A stretch of 64,000 nucleotides of DNA, taken from positions 32,001-96,000 of the forward strand of contig CALBRH010000051.1 of the NCBI GenBank assembly GCA_937899865.1, in the 5' to 3' direction. This DNA comes from an uncultured euryarchaeote. GTDB taxonomy: Archaea; Thermoplasmatota; Poseidoniia; Poseidoniales; Poseidoniaceae. Each line of letters opens with the position of its first letter. The stretch's first letter is position 1. Positions 47,009 to 55,549 of the stretch are shown in pieces. Made by a program: the position numbers and the translations under genes. Below the pieces are notes generated by a model. That model had not been told where the DNA came from and ran no database searches. It saw only the letters and a program-made list of their open reading frames with translations.

Positions 47009-47031
47009 CGCGACTATTCGCTTTAGATGTA

Positions 47032-47107
47032 GGGCTCGTGGTCTAGGGGTTATGACGTCGCCTTGACATGGCGAAGATCGAGAGTTCAATTCTCTCCGAG
47101 CCCACCA
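47032..47107 (+). tRNA. tRNA-Val(GAC), intronless, CCA encoded
   Basis: GGGCTCG/CGAGCCC acceptor stem, TCGCC-TTGACAT-GGCGA anticodon arm, GAGAG-TTCAATT-CTCTC T arm, ACCA end. Confidence 0.97.
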
Positions 47108-47178
47108 CTGATTTAAGATTATATGATGTTGAAAGGTGAAGTATTATTATTGGCTTCTGAAAAGCGAATAAAAAGAAA

Positions 47179-47499
47179 TCATAATTCTTCTATTTTCATT
47201 TCCGAATCAATGTTAACCTTAACTGGAGTTTCCTCCTCATCTCCATCAAAAGAAAAGTCTGTAGAACCACCATCCCAAGTTACTACGTCTTCACTTTGTT
47301 CAAATTCTTCTTCAATGATTTTCTGGTTTGGTCCCATTGAATATGCCAGTGGGTCAATGATTACATCTTCCTTCGGCTTTTCTTCAGGTTTTGGAGCATC
47401 ACGATCGACTAAGTGAGCAGTAGAATGGAAAGCACCACATCCTAAGCATCGAAATGATCCCTTTCTCTCTATGCAACCACAAACAGGACATTCTGCCAT
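47179..47499 (-). CDS. Small acidic protein with N-terminal zinc ribbon
   Basis: CPVC...CLGC followed by acidic low-complexity region with V.TWDGG..DF.F. Confidence 0.7.
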   Translation of the reverse strand: MAECPVCGCIERKGSFRCLGCGAFHSTAHLVDRDAPKPEEKPKEDVIIDPLAYSMGPNQKIIEEEFEQSEDVVTWDGGSTDFSFDGDEEETPVKVNIDSEMKIEEL

Positions 47500-47533
47500 G
47501 TTGTTGAAAAGATTCAATTTATCTAATATCATT

Positions 47534-49726
47534 TCAATCTTCTAAGAACATATCATCTTGATATCCTGTAACTAGGTCACCAGTGCCGTCTTCTTCGATA
47601 GTAACTAATCCTTCTTCGTCATCAAATTCAATAATTGTGCCAAAAACTTCCTCATCTTCCAAAACGAGTCCTATATATGATCCAATGTCGATTTCATCCT
47701 CGTCCCCATCATCATATTCATCATCATATTCTTCGTCAACATCTTCAGTTTCATCACTGTCGGAGTCAGCATCATCTGACTTATTTTCCTTCTCATCCGA
47801 GGACTCAATAATATCTTTCACTTCTTCTTTTTCAGAATCATTTTCGCGCATTGCTTTGACCTTTGCACGCCATGCTGGGACCTTAATTAACTGGACAAAT
47901 AAACCAGCAAAAAGACCAATTGTCCCAAGGATAATGAACATAATTCCATCCCAATAGAAACCGGCCGGCATTGAAATTTCGCTACCTTTACCAGCTAAAG
48001 GTGTTAGAGAATTTTTACACCCATCTATCTGTATTTTATCGTCGCATGGATATGCGTCTCCATTGACATATACTGTCCCATCAGAGGTTGTTGTTTGACC
48101 AAATTCAGTATCCAAGTAGACTGTTCCACCATTACCATCGACAAATGGTGCTAAAGTTCCATTGACTACCCACAATAGGATAAAGAAAACGAAACCGGTA
48201 TGGATAAGTGGCCATACAACATCTTTCCACTTCTTTGAAATCATTCTCTTTTGCCACTTCGAGGGGAATTCTTTCGCTTTTGATAGAGATGTACTCTCAT
48301 CAAAATCAGTTTCATCATGAGATTCCAATGTCTCAATAAATTCAATCATATCGATTGAATCATCACCATCAGAATCAAACATTTTCATCAATGAAGTAAT
48401 AGCATCTTGATCAACTTCTTCATTGGAATGTTCGGATAAGGCTTCTGAAAGTTCATTTCGGTTTATCTTGCCATCACCATTGGAATCGAGTTTTCTAAAG
48501 AATGACCCTGCATTAATGTCTAAGGCATCCATATACTCGATCAACAATTCAGTTGGGGTTTGAGTAATATCGGATTTCATATCAATATCCATTGATTCGA
48601 TGATATCAATTAATTCGAATGTATTGACTCTGTTATCAGAGTCTGTGTCAACAAGAGCGATGATTCCCAATATATCTGATGGAGACAAGTTCTCTCCTGC
48701 AATTTCCTCTATTCCTTTCTGTAATTCAGGGCCATTAATCAGTCCATCATCATCAAGGTCCATTGACTCAAACATAGAACGTATAGTCATGTCTTTTTCT
48801 TGGGCAGCGGTAACTAAAATTCTCAAATAATCTTCAGAAGAAGGTTCATCAACTTCATCATCTTCTATTCGCGCATCTTCAGAATCATCGTCTGATTCTT
48901 CCTCTTCTTCCGATTCGTCCTCGTTTGACGTGTCCTCAGAGGCCTCTTCAGCTTCCTCCTCATCGCCAGATTCATCATCTTCAGTCTCCTCTTCATCTTT
49001 AGATTCAACTTCTTCAACTACGACTTCTTCATCAATAGTTTCTTCCTCAGGTTTTGAATCATTAGATTCAGAAACATAATCTGATGCAGCCTTTTTCAAT
49101 TCAGCTTCAGTCAAGTAGTCATTATTATTTTCATCATAGTCTGCGGCAAATGATAAGAATTTATCCTTATCACTAATCTCATGCTTTTTCATTACTCGAT
49201 CAAGGACATTTTCTGAGTAATCTTTGGCTTTTCCAGATGGTTCATCTTGAACATCGTCAGATTCAGAAAGTTCTTCTCCATTGATTGCAGCAACTAATTC
49301 TTCAAGACTAATTACTCCATCACCATCAGTGTCAACCTCTGAAATCAATCTATCAATTTGTGATGGCGGTAAATCTGCTAAATTCATTTTTAATAGGCCA
49401 TCTTTTAATTCATCGTCATTGATAGAACCATCTGAATCAGAATCAAATTTAGAAAACAACATTTTTGCATCTATTCCAGTATTATTGAACCAGTTTCGCA
49501 AAACATCTAAGACATCGTCTGCTACAAAATAAACACCACATTCAGGGCAACTTTTCGAATCTAATGGTACCAATGCCTGACAAGCACCACATTCACCAAG
49601 TGCTTCATCGGATACACCGGAAAAACGGACCCCACACTCTGGACAATCTTTTGAGTCAAGTGGAATTATCGCTCTACAGGAGCCGCATTCAGCCATTGGA
49701 ATATTGTTTTCTTCAGTGTCGGACAT
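47534..49726 (-). CDS. Membrane protein with two double-zinc ribbons, seven EF-hands, two TM helices and an acidic SH3/Tudor-like C-terminus
   Basis: Tandem CxxC-x10-CxxC units; seven 12-residue DxDxDG..xxE-type loops; TM segments near aa 510-530 and 600-620. Confidence 0.85.
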   Translation of the reverse strand: MSDTEENNIPMAECGSCRAIIPLDSKDCPECGVRFSGVSDEALGECGACQALVPLDSKSCPECGVYFVADDVLDVLRNWFNNTGIDAKMLFSKFDSDSDGSINDDELKDGLLKMNLADLPPSQIDRLISEVDTDGDGVISLEELVAAINGEELSESDDVQDEPSGKAKDYSENVLDRVMKKHEISDKDKFLSFAADYDENNNDYLTEAELKKAASDYVSESNDSKPEEETIDEEVVVEEVESKDEEETEDDESGDEEEAEEASEDTSNEDESEEEEESDDDSEDARIEDDEVDEPSSEDYLRILVTAAQEKDMTIRSMFESMDLDDDGLINGPELQKGIEEIAGENLSPSDILGIIALVDTDSDNRVNTFELIDIIESMDIDMKSDITQTPTELLIEYMDALDINAGSFFRKLDSNGDGKINRNELSEALSEHSNEEVDQDAITSLMKMFDSDGDDSIDMIEFIETLESHDETDFDESTSLSKAKEFPSKWQKRMISKKWKDVVWPLIHTGFVFFILLWVVNGTLAPFVDGNGGTVYLDTEFGQTTTSDGTVYVNGDAYPCDDKIQIDGCKNSLTPLAGKGSEISMPAGFYWDGIMFIILGTIGLFAGLFVQLIKVPAWRAKVKAMRENDSEKEEVKDIIESSDEKENKSDDADSDSDETEDVDEEYDDEYDDGDEDEIDIGSYIGLVLEDEEVFGTIIEFDDEEGLVTIEEDGTGDLVTGYQDDMFLED

Positions 49727-49829
49727 AGTCACACCCAATTATCGGAATACTACCCATGATATAATGGTTGACGGGCATTTATGGCTCAAATGTATATATG
49801 ATTGGTCTTATTCGTAAACAGGCGAGACA

Positions 49830-50696
49830 ATGGAGTTAAGACCAAGTTGCGTTTATCTCTATGAGTTTTCAGATTATGCTAAGTTGTCCATGGATATTGA
49901 ATTATTGATGGAAATTAATAGTGAATCTCAATTTACACTTTTTTCTAGGTTACCAACCAGGAGGTTGATTGAAAGGTTAGATTTATCAAAAATAGATCAC
50001 TATTGGATAACTGAAAATGAAGGTAAACAGTCGATAAAACCTGATATTGAAAATATTTTCAACTTAATAATGAAAAATAATAATGATGGATTAAACGTGT
50101 ATTTAGTGGATGGTTTGGAATATATTTTAAGCAGCAGTAATAACGATGATCTATTGTCAAAAATGTCACAATTTACAGATGATCTCAAGCCGTTAAATTC
50201 AGCACTGATATATTGCATTGATAGTTTAGCATTCGATAACAAATGGATAATAAAATTAAGACATCTTAGTCAAATTTTACAAATTAAGACTCCAGAAGTA
50301 GTAGATGTTTCAATTACAGAAGTTGAAGATGAAGAAGAGGCAGTAGAAGTAATACAACATGAACTTGGCATTGATGGAGGTCCACGTTTAGCATATTTAG
50401 CGAGATTACCGGAAATTGGATTTACTAATGAGATATTAGTGAAAAGAATTCTTCAATGGAGGAGAATGGGTTTAGATGTATCTAAAATAGAGCCTGCTAT
50501 GTCATACTCTAGTAAAGAGGCTTATGAGCTCTATAAATTAGTGGAAGAAGATGTCAGACGGGCTACAGAATTAGAGAGATTTATTCATGCAAATCAAGAA
50601 CATTTGAACACTTCTGAAATAGCTACAGACTTATTTAGAATTAGACAATTAACTGGCTTGGATGAATTGGAACAAAAATATTACACTTCATCTTGA
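49830..50696 (+). CDS. DUF835-like domain protein
   Basis: F.R.P, YWIT, VY..DG.EY, F...L, plus C-terminal W...G.DVS.I helical region. Confidence 0.65.
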   Translation: MELRPSCVYLYEFSDYAKLSMDIELLMEINSESQFTLFSRLPTRRLIERLDLSKIDHYWITENEGKQSIKPDIENIFNLIMKNNNDGLNVYLVDGLEYILSSSNNDDLLSKMSQFTDDLKPLNSALIYCIDSLAFDNKWIIKLRHLSQILQIKTPEVVDVSITEVEDEEEAVEVIQHELGIDGGPRLAYLARLPEIGFTNEILVKRILQWRRMGLDVSKIEPAMSYSSKEAYELYKLVEEDVRRATELERFIHANQEHLNTSEIATDLFRIRQLTGLDELEQKYYTSS

Positions 50697-52235
50697 TAAT
50701 TTGAAATTTTCAGCCTCAATTCTAGCCAGCCATGAACCATTTCTTAAGTTCAATGCGATTTCCTTCAATTCATCACTAGTGCTGCGATCAGCGTCTAATT
50801 CAGGGGAGATATTTCTCAACAATTTAATTAAAGATTTAACCATAGGTGAGGGCGAATGTTCAGCATGTTTCAATGCTTCGCCAGCAATCAATAATTCACA
50901 TGCTAAAACTTCTGAAATTCTTAGACATGCTTGAAATAAATTCCAGCATGCTGTAGCACCCATACTTACATGATCTTCTTGGCCAGCAGAAGTGCTAGTT
51001 GAAAATGCAGTACGGGGGGATGAATGCCCGTGTAATTCTGCCAAAGCTGCACCTGCACTATATTGGACAATCATTAATCCTGATTCCAACCCACTATTAG
51101 TCGCCAAGAATGGTGGCAAATTACTCTTTTTTGGATCCAATAGTTGGTCCATCCGCCTTTCTGAAATAGAACCTAACTCAAATAATGACAAAGACATCCT
51201 ATCTGCGCATAATGCTAAAATTTCACCATGAAAATTGCCTTGAGATACTATTTGATGGCTATTACCTTTCTTATCTGGGAAAACCAATGGGTTATCTGTG
51301 GTGCTATTCAATTCTATACTTATTGTTGATTGCATAGCCAATAATGCTTCATAGACTGCACCATGAACTTGAGGAGTGCATCTAAATGAGTAAGGATCTT
51401 GTACCTTGTCACAATTAGCATGAGATGATAAAATTTCAGAACTCTTCATAATTTCTCTTATACGTTGCGCGACTATTTTTTGACCAGGATGTGGTCTTGC
51501 TTCATGCACTCGGTCATCTGTAGGCGTAATACTTCCTTTGAAACCGTCTAAAGAAGCACAATATATTACATCAGCAATAGGTAATAGATTGTTAAGAATA
51601 TCAAGTGATAAAATAGAATAACTTAACATTTGACTGGTGCCATTGATTAAAGATAAGCCATCTTTAGCCTGAAGTTCAATAGGTATGAGGCCGTTTTCAG
51701 TTAATACGTCACGTGTGACTAATAATTCACCTTCATCCGATACAATATTTCCCTCACCAATTAGTGTAAGTGCCATGTGGGATAAAGGCGCTAAATCGCC
51801 ACTTGCTCCAAGACTACCAATTCTTGGAATATATGGTGTGATTTGTAAGTTAACGAAATCGATTAATTGTTGAACTACGTTTGGATGAACTCCTGAGAAA
51901 CCTTTGGCAAATGAATTAATCCTAGATACCATCATTGCCCTAACAGACAATTTATCCATCATTTCTCCAAGTCCCGTAGCATGTGAGCGGATTAAATTAT
52001 TCTGTAGTTGTTGTAATTTATCAGAATCAATTGTCGTGTTAACAAGGGAGCCAAAGCCTGTATTAATGCCATAGACAACATCATCGGATTGTAAAATATC
52101 CTCCACAACAGCCCTAGACATAACTATTCTACTCCAAGCATCTTCAGATACCTCTAACTTTGCATTACCTGAGGCTATAGCCATTACTTCAGCGGTAGAC
52201 AATGTGTTACCATCTAGGAATACTGAGCGACTCAT
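50688..52235 (-). CDS. hutH: Histidine ammonia-lyase
   Basis: VYG.NTGFG, GSLGASGDLAPL (MIO), L.LINGT, QD.YS.RC.PQVHG, QEDHVSMG. Confidence 0.95.
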   Translation of the reverse strand: MSRSVFLDGNTLSTAEVMAIASGNAKLEVSEDAWSRIVMSRAVVEDILQSDDVVYGINTGFGSLVNTTIDSDKLQQLQNNLIRSHATGLGEMMDKLSVRAMMVSRINSFAKGFSGVHPNVVQQLIDFVNLQITPYIPRIGSLGASGDLAPLSHMALTLIGEGNIVSDEGELLVTRDVLTENGLIPIELQAKDGLSLINGTSQMLSYSILSLDILNNLLPIADVIYCASLDGFKGSITPTDDRVHEARPHPGQKIVAQRIREIMKSSEILSSHANCDKVQDPYSFRCTPQVHGAVYEALLAMQSTISIELNSTTDNPLVFPDKKGNSHQIVSQGNFHGEILALCADRMSLSLFELGSISERRMDQLLDPKKSNLPPFLATNSGLESGLMIVQYSAGAALAELHGHSSPRTAFSTSTSAGQEDHVSMGATACWNLFQACLRISEVLACELLIAGEALKHAEHSPSPMVKSLIKLLRNISPELDADRSTSDELKEIALNLRNGSWLARIEAENFKLSR

Positions 52236-52239
52236 TTAA

Positions 52240-54306
52240 TCACCCTATCAAGTCGTCAAAGATAGCATCATCGGTTATATTAGGTACTGTGACCTTTAAC
52301 ATTGGATTTATTTTCATAGCGTGATTAATTGCTTCTATTGCACCGTTGTTTCTTGCCCATGCTCTACGTGCAACTCCATTGTTTACATCCCAATGTAACA
52401 TTGATTCAATTTTCTGTGCTGCCTCATCACTTCCATCTATTAACATACCAAAACCACCATTCATTACTTCGCCCCATCCGACTCCACCTCCATTATGGAG
52501 GCTAATCCATGTGGCGCCTCTAAAGGCGTCTCCAACAAAATTCTGAACAGCCATGTCTGCGGTGAACATAGAACCATCCTTGATATTAGCAGTTTCACGA
52601 TATGGGCTATCTGTTCCAGAAACATCATGGTGATCTCTGCCGAGTACAATTGGTGCCGAAATTTCACCGCTAGCAATTGCTTGATTCATTGCTAAGGCAA
52701 TTTTTCTTCTACCAATATCATTAGCATATAGGATTCTTGCCTGGCTTCCAACAACCAGTTTATTATGTCCAGCTTGCTCAATCCATCTAATATTATCATT
52801 CAGTTGTTGTCTAATTGAAGAAGAGGATTCTTCAAGAAGATTTTCTAATACTGATTTTGCAATTTCATCAGTTTTAGCCAAATCATCAGGATTGCCTGAA
52901 GTACAAACCCAACGATAAGGTCCAAAACCATAATCAAAACATATCGGCCCCATTATATCTTCAACATAACTTGGATATCTAAATCCGCCATCATCAGACA
53001 TTACATCAGCACCAACTCTAGATGCTTCCAGCAAAAATGCATTACCATAGTCCCAAAAGAACATGCCTCTCTCCGATAAAATATCAATGGATTTAGCATG
53101 TCGCCTCAATGTCTCCTGAACTTCTCTAACAAATTTATCAGGCTCATTAGACATCATTTTAGTACATTCTTCATAGGTATAATCTGCAGGAAAATATCCA
53201 CCTTGATACGGGTTATGTAGTGAGGTTTGATCACTTCCGAGATCGACATCGATATTTCTTTCAACGATTCTCTCCCATAACTCAACAATGTTTCCAATAT
53301 AGCCAATTGATATTGCTTCTTTACGATTGGCGGCAGAAACCATAAGATCTATTGCTTCATCAATATCTCTTGAAACATTAGTTAACCAACCTTGCTCATA
53401 TCTTTTAACCGCTGCATGTTCATTGATTTCTGCTACTATACAAGCAGCACCAGATATTACTGCAGCCTTTGCTTGCGCGCCAGACATCCCCCCAAGACCA
53501 GAAGTGACAAATGTAACTCCGGACAAATCTTTTCCAGGTGGAAGATTCAAATGCATTCTAGCTGCATTGAGTAATGTTATAGTTGTTCCATGAACAATTC
53601 CTTGTGGCCCGATGTACATATACGAGCCAGCAGTCATTTGCCCATATTGAGTGACACCAAGAGAGTTCATCTTTTCGTAATCTTCTCGTGAACTATAATT
53701 TGGAATAACCATGCCATTAGTTATGACTACTCTTGGAGCATTTTTACTTGAAGGAAATAATCCAAGTGGATGTCCAGAATACATTACCAATGTTTGTTCG
53801 TCACTCATTTCGCATAAATATTGCATTGCCAATCTATATTGAGCCCAATTTTGGAATACAGAACCATTTCCTCCATAAGTAATCAATTCATGAGGAAATT
53901 GAGCTACAGCAGGATCTAAATTATTCATAATCATCAGCATTATGGCGGATGCTTGTTGTGAATTAGCGGGGTATGCTTCGATAGGATATGCTTTCATTTC
54001 ATATTCTGTAGGCCTAAATCTTTGCATGGTAATTCTGCCAAATGTTTCAAGTTCCTCAAGAAATTCGGCTGCTAAGGTTTTATGAAATTGTGCATCAAAA
54101 TACCTTAGAGCATTTTTTAATGCTAATACTTTCTCTGAATTATCTAATACTTTCCTTCGAGCAGGAGCATGGTCAACAGAATTATCAGTTCCAGGATGTG
54201 GAGGGAGATTGTTAGGGATTCCTTCTAGTAAACAATTCCTAAGAACCATCCAATCGGCTTCCATGAGTTTACCCAAGGCGAGGGATTCTTTGAGACTATT
54301 GCTCAA
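52240..54306 (-). CDS. hutU: Urocanate hydratase (long form)
   Basis: TYGGNG.VFQNWAQY, QMTAGS..YIGPQGI.HGT, GLGGMSGAQ, DQTS.HN, GRDHHD.SG.DSP.RET. Confidence 0.96.
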   Translation of the reverse strand: MSNSLKESLALGKLMEADWMVLRNCLLEGIPNNLPPHPGTDNSVDHAPARRKVLDNSEKVLALKNALRYFDAQFHKTLAAEFLEELETFGRITMQRFRPTEYEMKAYPIEAYPANSQQASAIMLMIMNNLDPAVAQFPHELITYGGNGSVFQNWAQYRLAMQYLCEMSDEQTLVMYSGHPLGLFPSSKNAPRVVITNGMVIPNYSSREDYEKMNSLGVTQYGQMTAGSYMYIGPQGIVHGTTITLLNAARMHLNLPPGKDLSGVTFVTSGLGGMSGAQAKAAVISGAACIVAEINEHAAVKRYEQGWLTNVSRDIDEAIDLMVSAANRKEAISIGYIGNIVELWERIVERNIDVDLGSDQTSLHNPYQGGYFPADYTYEECTKMMSNEPDKFVREVQETLRRHAKSIDILSERGMFFWDYGNAFLLEASRVGADVMSDDGGFRYPSYVEDIMGPICFDYGFGPYRWVCTSGNPDDLAKTDEIAKSVLENLLEESSSSIRQQLNDNIRWIEQAGHNKLVVGSQARILYANDIGRRKIALAMNQAIASGEISAPIVLGRDHHDVSGTDSPYRETANIKDGSMFTADMAVQNFVGDAFRGATWISLHNGGGVGWGEVMNGGFGMLIDGSDEAAQKIESMLHWDVNNGVARRAWARNNGAIEAINHAMKINPMLKVTVPNITDDAIFDDLIG

Positions 54307-55549
54307 TATTTGCCTTAAGGTCAGGTCGCCAATAAGTGAATATTATTCCTGAGAATATCATTAAACAGGAGAATGATATGAAACCAGAACGTAAAGACAA
54401 GTCGTGATATTCTACTAAAAATCCAGCAACAGATGTTGAAATTGCAGCAGTACCACCTAATATCAGCATATCCATAGAAAAGACTCTACCTCTAACTTCA
54501 TCTTCAACCCACATTTGTGTAAGTACTGTTGACAAAACCCAATTACCACCACTTGCTGCATGGGCTAGAATGATTAAAGCTACAGTAAATGGCAAATAAT
54601 AATCTAAGGAAATTCCGACAATGAAGTAAAATAATCCAGAAATTGAAACTAATATGCCAATAAGTGATGGCCATTTGGATTTATCTTTGAACAGCGCCCT
54701 AGCAATTAATGGCCCTATTCCAGTACCAACTCCTCTTGCAAAGAAGAACAAGCCAAATCCAAAAGCAGCACCATAACCAGTTAAATCTGCTCCAGCAAGA
54801 ACTAAGAAAACTCCTGCTAACCCTGCTCCAGCTAGATTCCATGATGATTTAGCAAATACAATTCTTAGCAATTTTTTATCTTGATATATTCTTGTCCATC
54901 CAATCTTAATATTCTTGAATGCAGTACTCAATAATGGCCCTTTGATCGATTTGTCAAATTTTTGTTCAAATGTTAGAGGAATCAATAGCAGAGAAGAAAG
55001 TAAAAAGGTGTATGAATCAATTATGAAGGCCATATCAGTACCCCATACACTAACAGTAATTCCACCTAACATAGCACCAATGCATAGTGCCGTAGACCAA
55101 GAAGCACTATCTATTGCATTAGCAGTGATAAGGTCTGCTTCATCTACAATATTTGGCAATGCAGCACGTTCAGCAGTAACATAAACGCCGTGAAGTAACA
55201 TCATAAAACCTGACAAAGTAATAAGCCACCACATGTCTTCTTTACCATCAACAAATAGGAATGAAAGTGCAACGAATATTTGAACAATATTAGACCATAG
55301 CATCAATTTTTTCCGACTAATTCTATCTGCTAATAAGCCATTAATAGGTTGAGAAATAGCAAAAAGTGCCATTCTAACAGAAAATAGTATTCCAAGTAAA
55401 AATTCTGAACCTGAATATTCTAAAATTAAGAAAAACAGTGCTATGGTATTGAACCATTCCCCAAGCAATGAAATTACAGAAGCTGCCCATAATCTACGGA
55501 ATTTGGAATTGGATAGAAAGAATTCAATATAGCCCTTAGTCAATATCAC
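54296..55549 (-). CDS. MFS transporter
   Basis: G.LADR.SRK motif A, about 12 TM helices, RGRVFS. Confidence 0.88.
   Translation of the reverse strand: MILTKGYIEFFLSNSKFRRLWAASVISLLGEWFNTIALFFLILEYSGSEFLLGILFSVRMALFAISQPINGLLADRISRKKLMLWSNIVQIFVALSFLFVDGKEDMWWLITLSGFMMLLHGVYVTAERAALPNIVDEADLITANAIDSASWSTALCIGAMLGGITVSVWGTDMAFIIDSYTFLLSSLLLIPLTFEQKFDKSIKGPLLSTAFKNIKIGWTRIYQDKKLLRIVFAKSSWNLAGAGLAGVFLVLAGADLTGYGAAFGFGLFFFARGVGTGIGPLIARALFKDKSKWPSLIGILVSISGLFYFIVGISLDYYLPFTVALIILAHAASGGNWVLSTVLTQMWVEDEVRGRVFSMDMLILGGTAAISTSVAGFLVEYHDLSLRSGFISFSCLMIFSGIIFTYWRPDLKANIEQ

Noticed and set aside
46847-47089. 80-aa minus-strand ORF
   Set aside because: Antisense to tRNA-Val and the DUF5679-like gene.
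47032-47107. tRNA-Val as an integration site or island boundary
   Set aside because: No integrase, no duplicated tRNA 3' end and no visible compositional shift nearby.
48840-49090. GAA/GAT-rich tract as a DNA repeat
   Set aside because: Simply encodes the acidic linker of the EF-hand protein.
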